In this document: one piece after another, positions 57,363 through 64,000 of the stretch
Position numbering within the stretch: the first letter of the stretch is position 1
How the letters are laid out: every line of letters starts with the position of its first letter
From: Chloroflexota bacterium
GTDB lineage: Bacteria; Chloroflexota; UBA11872; UBA12225; JAJDUF01
Direction of reading: 5' to 3'
Assembly (NCBI GenBank): GCA_965214295.1
Contig: OZ243944.1
Span: 4,158,426-4,222,425 of the forward strand
DNA: 64,000 nt
The notes under the pieces: model-generated
The model's input: the letters and a program-made list of their open reading frames with translations, nothing else
Told to the model about the DNA's origin: nothing
The model's database searches: none
Made by a program: the position numbers and the translations under genes

Positions 57363-58628
57363 TCACGTGTAGGCCATGCCGGCGATAGTGACCCAGGAGG
57401 CGCCGGCCTCGTCGGCCGGGCATTGGTCGTAGCCGAGCGTTTCACCCACTGCGCCAGCGAGCGCGTGCAGCGCCCAGTAAATCGGTGGTAGGCCACAGAC
57501 GCGGTGTGCGTCCCGGTCGGCCCGGAGCGTAGCCAGGAAGTCTGCCGGATCGCCGGTCGCGGCGACTGCCAGCAGCCGTTCATCGCTCGCTTTGAGGCTG
57601 GCGCGCGCGAACACATCTAAGCCGCGCTCATCACCGAATGCCGGCCCCACGTGGGCCAAGTCGGCCGACGCCACGACCAGCACCCGCCGCCCGGCGCTGG
57701 CCGCACGCAGTGCCGCAAGGGCCTGCACTCGCGCCTGGTCGGCCAGCGGATCGGCCGGGCCGTGCGTAAAGGGGGCAAAGGAGCCACAGAGGATCGGGAC
57801 AAGCGGTGGGAGGTCGTCGGCGCGACCGGCGTCGCGGAGGAGCCAGTGGAGCCATACGGTCGCCAGCTCGATGGAGTGCTCGGTACGATGATGCAGCTCT
57901 TCGGCAAACGCCGCCTCCGCACCGAGGGCAGCGACCAAGCGCTCGACGACCGTATGGTCCTGCGGGAACGGCCCCCAGGGTGTAGCGTACCGCTGACGGG
58001 TGAGGGTCAACGCGCCGGCGCTGCCGGCGTGGTCGGTACCGAAGATGATGACCAGCTCCGCCGCGGCGACGGCCGCACGGGCCGGCAGCCAGGTGCGCGC
58101 GTAGGCGTCGCCGCCGCGGGTGTAATCGATGTGGGGCGTAATCAGTCCCCGCAGCCGACCGTTTGCACGGGCCGCAGTGTTTAGGCGGGACTCGGCCGCA
58201 TAGCGCGCCAGTAGTTGGTACAAGGCCGCCGGGTCGGCCGGATAGCCGTTGCCGGCGAGCGCCGGCCGGCGGAATGGGGCCGCGCGGTAGTCGGCGAGCG
58301 CCCGTTGCCACGCCGCCTCATAGGCTGGGCCGAACAGCAGCGCCGCCTCCTGTAAGGCCGCCAGGAAGTGCTCGACAAACCCTGGCGGCAGCCGGGTCCC
58401 GTAGCGCACCTCGAAGGCTGCCTTGATCCCGCTTGGGGTCCGCTCCCCATCGAGGAGCGCGACCAATGGCGCAACGACGGCGGGCAGCAGAACCATGCGC
58501 TCGCTCAAGGCGAGGGGATCGCGCAGCCAGAGGCGCTGCTCGCCTTGGTACGTGATCCAGCGCGGCTCTACCGGGCGCAAGACCGGCCGTTCCGCCTGGT
58601 GGACATGGTCACTGCTCGTCTCTGCCAT
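57363..58628 (-). CDS. MEMO1-family protein (AmmeMemoRadiSam system protein B-like), standalone.
   Basis: ITPHIDYTRGG, IFGTDH, LVVASADLAHVG, and CGLPPIYWAL match Memo-family metal-site motifs. The start is taken at the internal Met (MAETSS...). Confidence 0.7.
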   Translation of the reverse strand: MAETSSDHVHQAERPVLRPVEPRWITYQGEQRLWLRDPLALSERMVLLPAVVAPLVALLDGERTPSGIKAAFEVRYGTRLPPGFVEHFLAALQEAALLFGPAYEAAWQRALADYRAAPFRRPALAGNGYPADPAALYQLLARYAAESRLNTAARANGRLRGLITPHIDYTRGGDAYARTWLPARAAVAAAELVIIFGTDHAGSAGALTLTRQRYATPWGPFPQDHTVVERLVAALGAEAAFAEELHHRTEHSIELATVWLHWLLRDAGRADDLPPLVPILCGSFAPFTHGPADPLADQARVQALAALRAASAGRRVLVVASADLAHVGPAFGDERGLDVFARASLKASDERLLAVAATGDPADFLATLRADRDAHRVCGLPPIYWALHALAGAVGETLGYDQCPADEAGASWVTIAGMAYT

Positions 58629-58779
58629 CCGTCTCCCCGTCAACGCCTGGGCTGGGCACAATCCTAGCAGCCGCAGCGTCGCCGGCACAGCCCCCGGCGG
58701 CTTGCTCTATACTGGCAGGTAGGCGGACCCGGCGCAGCAGGCACGTAGGCGGACGAGAACGCGGCGAGTAGGCGGCGCG

Positions 58780-60135
58780 GTGATGGCCAGCTCCAGTAAC
58801 GGTACGGCGCACATACGGTCAGCTTCGGCGGTGGCTCCGGGGAGCCGCCGTGCGGTGCTGCAACGGGCCGCGGCGACCCTAGCCACCTCCCTCTTGCTTG
58901 CGGCGTGTGATCTGGGCGAGGACCTCACGGACGTACCGATGACCGCCGAAGACCCGGCGGAAGTGATTTACACGACGTGGGGGACACCGGAGCGAGTGCA
59001 GCAGGAAGACTGGACCCTCCTCAGCTTCCAACGGAACTATCCAGCTATCACGGTCAACGTCATCGCTGCGCCTACTGCTGCCGAGCACGTTGCGAGCCTG
59101 TACAGCTTGTTTGCGAGTGGCAGCCTGCCGGACCTGGTCCACCTGCCCTCTTGGTCGGCGCCGACGTTTTATGCGGAAGATGCCGTCCTGCCGCTCGGCG
59201 ACTATATGCGGCGCGACGGGTTTCGCCCTGACGACCTCACGGCGCCGTTCGATGTCTGCACCTACCAGCGCGAGTGGGTTGCCTTGCCGCGAGGCAACAA
59301 CGGCCTCTACGTCGTGTTCTACAACCGTAGCCACTTTAGCGCCGCCGCCGTATCCTCGCCGCCCCTGAGCTGGACCTGGCAAGACTTCCTCACTGCGGCG
59401 CAACAGCTGACCATGGCGGCGAACGGTGTTGCGCCAGCACGTTGGGGCACCACCTTGCACGGCATTGACGAGGCGTATCACGCCTGGCTGTGGGGCAATG
59501 GCGGAGACGAGCTGCTGAACCGAAACGGCGCACCGGCGATCCACGAGCCGCTGGCTATCGGAGCGTTGCAGTGGCTAGCCGACCTACACTTGCAGCACGG
59601 TGTCGCGCCAGCGCCCAACATCTTTGCCGGCAACGGGTTTGCCGCCTTCGCGCGTGGTGACGTGGCGATGTGGTATGCGCCAGCGGAGGCCGAGCTGGCC
59701 CTGGCGCAGCAGGAAGTATCGTTCGACTGGAGTATGGCCCCCCAACCACGGGGCAATCTGGGGGTTCAAGGACACTATCGGCCGGACGTTGCTGCCATCC
59801 TCAAGGGCAGTCGTCAGCCCGAAGAGGCCTGGGAGCTATTACAGTTCTTGGTTGCCCCCGACGTGCAGCAAGCGGAATGGGAAAATCGGCTGTGGCACCC
59901 GCAAGCGCCGTCCTTGCTTGCCGAAGAGACCTACCTCCAACCCCCGGAGCCGCCCTACGACCGGCGGCCGGCCGTGCCCGGTGCGCTCGTCCGTCCTCGC
60001 ACGCCTTATCTGATCTCGCGGATTGACGAGGTCCGGGCGGTAGCGCGGGCGGAGTTCCGCAAGCTCTGGTTCGGCACCAGCACCGCCGAAGAGATCACGG
60101 CAGTCATCGCCGCCAAGATCACCGACGTGCAGTAA
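58780..60135 (+). CDS. ABC transporter sugar-type substrate-binding lipoprotein (family 1 solute-binding protein). Orphan.
   Basis: Tat-like SRRAVLQRAAATLATSLLLAACD signal with lipobox. SBP_bac_1-like composition with many Trp/aromatic residues. No permease or ATPase genes adjacent. Confidence 0.75.
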   Translation: MMASSSNGTAHIRSASAVAPGSRRAVLQRAAATLATSLLLAACDLGEDLTDVPMTAEDPAEVIYTTWGTPERVQQEDWTLLSFQRNYPAITVNVIAAPTAAEHVASLYSLFASGSLPDLVHLPSWSAPTFYAEDAVLPLGDYMRRDGFRPDDLTAPFDVCTYQREWVALPRGNNGLYVVFYNRSHFSAAAVSSPPLSWTWQDFLTAAQQLTMAANGVAPARWGTTLHGIDEAYHAWLWGNGGDELLNRNGAPAIHEPLAIGALQWLADLHLQHGVAPAPNIFAGNGFAAFARGDVAMWYAPAEAELALAQQEVSFDWSMAPQPRGNLGVQGHYRPDVAAILKGSRQPEEAWELLQFLVAPDVQQAEWENRLWHPQAPSLLAEETYLQPPEPPYDRRPAVPGALVRPRTPYLISRIDEVRAVARAEFRKLWFGTSTAEEITAVIAAKITDVQ

Positions 60136-60235
60136 TCAGCGGCCGGTAGCCAGTAGGCAGTGGCGCCGAACATCATTCCCGGTCCTCGTCCGTCATTCCC
60201 GCGCAGGCAGGAATCCAGTAGAATCATATCCGGCC
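60090..60235. repeat. Direct-repeat copy 1 (3' end of the SBP gene plus about 95 bp downstream, including a hairpin-A copy at 60191-60219).
   Basis: Near-identical to 60857-61020: ...GAGATC(A/G)CGGCAG(T/C)CATCGCCGCCAAGATCACCGACGT(G/T)CA(G/A)TA(A/G)TCAG(C/T)GGCCG(G/A)TAGCCAGT...CGTCATTCCCGCGCAGGC(A/G)GGAATC(C/T)AGTAGAATCATATCCG. Confidence 0.7.
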
Positions 60236-60278
60236 ACCGTAGGCCGCGCGCCACCGGTCGTCACCGAGGAGGTGACAA

Positions 60279-60506
60279 ATGGCAGCCGTGAAGGCACCGA
60301 AGCCGGAAGAATCCGATATGCTCTACGAGCAGTACGGCAAGCCCTTGGAGGCGCAACATCGCGGAGAGTATCTTGCCGTCTCCCCCCAAGGCGATACGCT
60401 CATTGGCCCTGACTTGGATCAGCTTATAGATGAAGCGATAGAGAAGCTAGGATCGGGCAACTTCATTTTCCAGATAGGAGATGTTTCCGTAGGAAAATGG
60501 CTGTAA
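60279..60506 (+). CDS. Small acidic protein (75 aa) of unknown function. It resembles the small DUF proteins that accompany retropepsin-like protease genes.
   Basis: Strong SD (GAGGAGGTGA, 6-nt spacer) before the ATG. The 3' end overlaps the next ORF by 10 nt. Sequence MLYEQYGKPLEAQHRGEYLAVSPQGDTLIGPDLDQLIDEAIEKLGSGNFIFQIG. Confidence 0.55.
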   Translation: MAAVKAPKPEESDMLYEQYGKPLEAQHRGEYLAVSPQGDTLIGPDLDQLIDEAIEKLGSGNFIFQIGDVSVGKWL

Positions 60507-60856
60507 ATCGGCGGGTCATTAGCACGCATTTCCCCTATATCCCGCTGCTGCTTGAACTAGGTCACCACGTAGTCAGGCTTGAAGCTCTCGTTGATACTGG
60601 GTTTGACGGAGCTATCGTTGTGCCGCCGGACCTGGTGGCCGACGTAGAGCTACCATTGACGTACCTCCGCTGGACACTCGCCGATGGCTCACAGGTGACT
60701 GCGCCAGCCTACCGGGGCACGCTGCAAATTGGCGACATGACACCATTCCGCGTGACGGTCACGGTGCTTGGCGACGAGACCATTATCGGTCGTGCGGCCA
60801 CCAACCGCTTCAAGGTTACTTTTGACCACGGCCGGCAAGTGATCGTCGAGCCCTAG
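60497..60856 (+). CDS. Retropepsin-like (clan AA) aspartic protease domain protein.
   Basis: 119 aa with LEALVDTGFDGAIVVP (the DTG catalytic motif in its hydrophobic context) and a C-terminal IIGRAATNRFKVTFD typical of bacterial/archaeal retropepsin-like proteins. Confidence 0.7.
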   Translation: MAVNRRVISTHFPYIPLLLELGHHVVRLEALVDTGFDGAIVVPPDLVADVELPLTYLRWTLADGSQVTAPAYRGTLQIGDMTPFRVTVTVLGDETIIGRAATNRFKVTFDHGRQVIVEP

Positions 60857-61020
60857 CATCCCTGCATCGCCGAGGAGATCGCGGCAGCCATCGCCGCCAA
60901 GATCACCGACGTTCAATAGTCAGTGGCCGATAGCCAGTGTTCAGTGGCCCCGAACGTCATTCCCGGCCCTCGTCCGTCATTCCCGCGCAGGCGGGAATCT
61001 AGTAGAATCATATCCGATGT
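60857..61020. repeat. Direct-repeat copy 2 (a pseudo-3'-end of the SBP gene encoding ...EEIAAAIAAKITDVQ*, plus a hairpin-A copy at 60975-60999).
   Basis: It begins immediately after the protease gene stop. See copy 1. Confidence 0.7.
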
Positions 61021-61073
61021 ATGCCGCATACCACGAGTTACCACCGCGAGAACGGAGCCGGGAGAGGCGAAGA

Positions 61074-61327
61074 TGATGGCAACCCGAACGGTCAAGCGGT
61101 ACGAGCACAAGGATGGGCAACAGGTATTGCCCGTTACTCCCCAATGCGCCCGACTGCATCGTGAAGCTGTGCCAGCGCCGGACGACGTGCCTACCAGTCG
61201 GCGGCGGCGCGAGGAGCTTCTGGCCTTTGCCGGCATCTGGAGCGACTTGGATGGTGACCGCATGATCGAGGAACTGTACGCCGCGCGCCACGAGTCGCCA
61301 CCGAGTCCACCCGTATCCCCAGCCTGA
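61074..61327 (+). CDS. Small hypothetical protein (84 aa) with an antitoxin-like C-terminal motif. Orphan.
   Basis: RBS GGGAGAGG 5 nt before ATGATG. The C-terminal ...LLAFAGIWSDLDGDRMIEELYAARHES resembles the G-[IL]-W-x-D...EE[IL]Y..R tail seen on many type II antitoxins. No toxin partner is adjacent. Confidence 0.4.
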
Positions 61328-61435
61328 ACCGCTACCAGCAAGGCTAATTGGTAGTTATCCCCGCCCGGCTCATGCTCTTTGACGCTGTAGGTACGCCGGC
61401 CAAGCCCTCTAGGAGCGCGATGCGGGGGTGGGTGG

Positions 61436-61652
61436 CTGACAGGGGTAGGTTTTTTGTCAGGGCGTGATTCATTGCGCCTCGCCCCTCGTCATTCCCAGTA
61501 TCTCATCCGTCATTCCGGCGCAAGCCGGAATCCAGGGCCATTCGGAGGGCCTGTTCCAGTCCCTACTCCCCCTCTCCACATGGTGGAGAGGGGGCCGGGG
61601 GTGAGGTCTGCCCCACCCCCGCGGCTCTCTACGAAAAACCTACCCTTGTCAG
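61436..61652. mobile_element. MITE-like composite element of about 217 bp with 20-bp terminal inverted repeats (CTGACAGGGGTAGGTTTTTT ... AAAAACCTACCCTTGTCAG). It is flanked by a 12-bp direct repeat GGGGGTGGGTGG (61424-61435 and 61652-61663).
   Basis: TIRs and flanking direct repeat read directly from the sequence. Internally it carries a GGCGTGATTCATTGCGCC hairpin, a hairpin-A copy (61508-61536), and a hairpin-B copy (CCCCCTCTCCACATGGTGGAGAGGGGGCCGGGGGTGAGG). The right TIR supplies the stop codon of the ABC ATPase gene. Confidence 0.6.
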
Positions 61653-62680
61653 GGGGTGGGTGGTGAGAGGGCGGCTGGCGGGATGGCTTGGCCGGTGCTA
61701 TACAGGTCGCGGATGATGGCCTCGATCTCCGGCTCCTCAATCGTCAGGTCCCGCAGCTCGTAGCGCGTGGCGAGCGCGGCGATCAGGGCTGCGGCGGTGG
61801 TCTCCTGCCGACGAAATCGCAGCCATTGCCGCGGGCCGTCCACGCGCACAACCGTCGCGTGCGGCACCTGCACGGGGCCGCCGGCACTCACGAAATCCAC
61901 GACGAGCGTCCGTTCCTGCCCGTACCGCTCCCGGATCGTCTCCAATGCCCCGTCGTACAGCAGTCGTCCGCGGTCAATAATCAGCAGGCGCTCGCAAAGC
62001 TGGCTGATGTCGGCCATATCGTGGGTCGTGAGCAGCACCGTGACGGCGCGCTCGCGGTTGAGCCGCCGGAGAAACTCGCGAATACGGTGCTTGGCTACCA
62101 CGTCGAGGCCGATGGTCGGCTCATCAAGGTAGAGAATCTCGGGGTCGTGCAGCAAGGCCGCCGTCAGATCGCCACGCATCCGCTGACCCAGCGAAAGCTG
62201 ACGTACCGGCGTGTCCAGGAACGGCCCCAGCTCCAGCAACTCCGTGCAAAATTCCAGGTTGGCCCGGTGCCGCGCGGCTGGCACACGGTAGATGAAGCGC
62301 AGCAGCTCCAGCGACTCGATGAGCGGCAGGTCCCACCACAATTGCGTGCGTTGCCCGAACACCACGCCGATCCGCCGGGCGAGTGCTTTCCGGCGCTGGT
62401 GGGGCACTAGCCCGGCCACCTCGATTCGGCCGCTACTTGGCACGAGGATGCCGGTGAGCATCTTGATCGTGGTGGATTTACCGGCCCCGTTCGGCCCGAT
62501 GCAGCCCACCATCTCGCCCCGCTCGATGCGGAAGGTGATCCTGTCCACCGCGGGGACGATGCGGCCGCGTCGCTCGACCAGGTTACGCAGTGCCCCAAGC
62601 GCGCCACGGTGATGGTGCGCCACACGAAAGGTCTTGCGTAAGTCCTCGACTTCAATGAGCGCGGTCATCTGACGGGCCAA
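61649..62680 (-). CDS. ABC transporter ATP-binding protein (ABC-2 / DrrA-like) with a C-terminal extension.
   Basis: Walker A GPNGAGKST, signature LSLGQRMR, Walker B ILYLDEPTIGLD, and H-loop THDM. The last codons (PPTP-stop) are encoded by the MITE flank/TIR. Confidence 0.8.
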   Translation of the reverse strand: MARQMTALIEVEDLRKTFRVAHHHRGALGALRNLVERRGRIVPAVDRITFRIERGEMVGCIGPNGAGKSTTIKMLTGILVPSSGRIEVAGLVPHQRRKALARRIGVVFGQRTQLWWDLPLIESLELLRFIYRVPAARHRANLEFCTELLELGPFLDTPVRQLSLGQRMRGDLTAALLHDPEILYLDEPTIGLDVVAKHRIREFLRRLNRERAVTVLLTTHDMADISQLCERLLIIDRGRLLYDGALETIRERYGQERTLVVDFVSAGGPVQVPHATVVRVDGPRQWLRFRRQETTAAALIAALATRYELRDLTIEEPEIEAIIRDLYSTGQAIPPAALSPPTP

Positions 62681-62802
62681 AGCTGCACCGCAGTTGGAAC
62701 GATTATATCGTGCAGCTTTGGCTCGTCATCGTCACTAGGATCCGTTCGCATTTCCCGGTCATTGCTCTGAAAATAATTCCCAGCCGCCACGCCCGCCCCG
62801 TT

Positions 62803-62912
62803 CGTCATTCCCGCGCAAGCATGTCCCGTACCCTCGATACAGGGCGGGAATCCAGCGCGGGTGTGCTGTCTGCTACCCAAGTCGCCTGGATTCCGGCGGA
62901 AGCCGGAATGAC
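62803..62912. repeat. Inverted pair of hairpin-A repeats. The first copy's loop is interrupted by a 22-nt insertion (GTCATTCCCGCGCAAGC-atgtcccgtaccctcgatacag-GGCGGGAATCCAG ... CTGGATTCCGGCGGAAGCCGGAATGACG).
   Basis: Direct reading, between the ABC ATPase and the permease genes. Confidence 0.6.
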
Positions 62913-62924
62913 GAACGGGAGAAT

Positions 62925-63761
62925 CTAGCTCCCGGTGCTCTGGTAGTGGCGTACCCCGATGCTCCAGACCAGGCCGGCCGCCGCCAGCGCGATTCCCGCT
63001 GCGACCGGCGTCAGTGCCGGCAGCCACGTCGGCAACCCACTGCGGTCGGCGCGGTCGAGTAGGTAGAGCGCCGGGACGTAGCTGACCCAGGCCAGCGGCA
63101 GGACAAATAAGGCGAATTGCCGCGCCCAGCGGTCGAATACGTCCAGCGGGTAGCTGGCGAGGGTCGTGCCACCATAGGTGAAGACGTTGACCGCCTCGGT
63201 GGCCCGGACCGTCCAGAAGCAGTAGGCCGCACCGAGCAGCCAGATGGCGATGAAGATAGCTGTACCCGACATTAAGGTCACCGCCAGGAACATGACTTTC
63301 CCGACACTCCAGACCCCGGGCAGCATTCCACCGGCGATGACCAGCACGCCTACGCCCTGCGCGATCCGTCCCAGACGCCGGAGGGAGAACTCGCCGGCGA
63401 CGACCTGCAACAGGGCGCTCACGGGACGGGTGAGGATGCGGTCGAAGTCGCCGCGGACGATCACCTCGGCAAAGAGGCCGGTATTCAATGCACCACACAG
63501 CAGCTCGGAGAGGCCGAACGCCGTTGAGGAGATACCGTAGAGCAGCGCGACCTCGGCGAGCGACCAGCCGGCCAGATGGGGAAAGCGCTGAAACAGCACC
63601 ACAATGACGGCGAACTCCAAGAGCAAGAACCCGAAGCTCCCGGCAGTCTGCATGAGAAAGGAAGCCTTGTACTGCATGGTGGAACGTACTTGAATACCGA
63701 TGAGCCGGACGTAGAGGTTGCCGAGGAAGCGGGCCTCATCGAGCCAGCCGGACCAGGCCAT
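62925..63761 (-). CDS. ABC-2-type transporter permease.
   Basis: Six hydrophobic segments in 278 aa (FLMQTAGSFGFLLLEFAVIVVLF... etc.). The start is taken at the internal Met (MAWSGW...), because the track ORF (to 63872) would overlap the upstream gene's 3' end. Confidence 0.6.
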   Translation of the reverse strand: MAWSGWLDEARFLGNLYVRLIGIQVRSTMQYKASFLMQTAGSFGFLLLEFAVIVVLFQRFPHLAGWSLAEVALLYGISSTAFGLSELLCGALNTGLFAEVIVRGDFDRILTRPVSALLQVVAGEFSLRRLGRIAQGVGVLVIAGGMLPGVWSVGKVMFLAVTLMSGTAIFIAIWLLGAAYCFWTVRATEAVNVFTYGGTTLASYPLDVFDRWARQFALFVLPLAWVSYVPALYLLDRADRSGLPTWLPALTPVAAGIALAAAGLVWSIGVRHYQSTGS

Positions 63762-63810
63762 CAACCGGGCAGTGGCGCTGTGCCGCGGGAGCGACCATCG
63801 CTGTGGCACC

Positions 63811-64000
63811 TTACCCTCCCTGCACCACCAGGCGGCGCTCGCCCACCGCCAGTACCAGACGACCGGCGACAATCAGGATGGCGGCCCACACTGCCAGGCG
63901 ACCTAGTTCCACCAACAAGGCCAGGCCGGTCATCTTGCCGAGATAGACCTCGACAGGCAGCATCACGATGGCGGTGAAGGGCAGCCAGCCCACGACCGTC
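63811..64000 (-). CDS. 3' end of a second membrane (probably ABC-2 permease) gene. The start lies beyond the window end.
   Basis: The open frame runs off the window. The terminal residues are hydrophobic (...GLALLVELGRLAVWAAILIVAGRLVLAV...). Together with the neighbours this makes the usual ATPase + 2 permease layout. Confidence 0.4.
   Translation of the reverse strand, partial: TVVGWLPFTAIVMLPVEVYLGKMTGLALLVELGRLAVWAAILIVAGRLVLAVGERRLVVQGG

Noticed and set aside
1-64000. CRISPR arrays, rRNA genes, integrons, intact prophage or IS elements.
   Set aside because: No regularly spaced identical direct repeats with unique spacers were found. The repeats present are palindromic hairpins or MITE-like. 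There are no rRNA-like conserved stretches. There are no integrase, phage structural or intact transposase ORFs; only a transposase C-terminal relic at 44115-44288.

Overview
This is a high-GC (about 65-70%) bacterial chromosomal segment with weak Shine-Dalgarno usage and very dense REP/MITE-like intergenic repeats. The taxon cannot be assigned from sequence alone; the gene content and repeat style fit a Chloroflexota/Thermomicrobia-like genome. Housekeeping content: an ECF sigma factor with a clean promoter; a Na/Pi cotransporter; moaA; an archease-rtcB RNA-repair pair; a complete suf Fe-S cluster (sufC-sufB-sufD, a Rieske ferredoxin, sufS-sufU, sufT); a translationally coupled IscU-like scaffold plus LarA-family racemase; map; a cysteine synthase; csoR-copA copper efflux; metG; gnd; a heterodimeric ABC exporter pair; fabF and fabH; an MFS efflux pump with its TetR regulator; tRNA-Val(CAC); two orphan solute-binding proteins; an ABC-2 transporter; and several enzymes (a histone-deacetylase-family amidohydrolase, an HpcH-type aldolase coupled to a class III aminotransferase, an amidohydrolase, an alkaline-phosphatase-superfamily phosphodiesterase, a Gfo/Idh/MocA oxidoreductase, a MEMO-like protein). 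Accessory content: three Uma2-family endonuclease genes (two in tandem); a BrnT/BrnA toxin-antitoxin pair; a transposase C-terminal relic in a low-GC patch; a cytochrome P450 pseudogene; a low-GC island at the 5' edge; and a two-gene cassette (small DUF protein plus retropepsin-like DTG aspartic protease) bracketed by about 140-bp direct repeats. The most striking single locus is a thioredoxin-fold/NHL-repeat gene with an in-frame TGA at the first Cys position of its CxxC redox motif, followed by a hairpin; this is a candidate UxxC selenoprotein. Two repeat families dominate the window: a GNRA-tetraloop hairpin (GTCATTCC-SSSC-GNRA-GSSS-GGAATCCAG) with compensatory stem variants, and a GGGAGAGGGTTGGGGTGAGGG-type hairpin. 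Together they form composite MITE-like elements, one of them with terminal inverted repeats and a flanking 12-bp direct repeat. Copies sit in intergenic regions, at gene 3' ends where they donate stop codons, and once in-frame inside copA. All coordinates carry an uncertainty of a few nucleotides, and start codons were chosen by eye.
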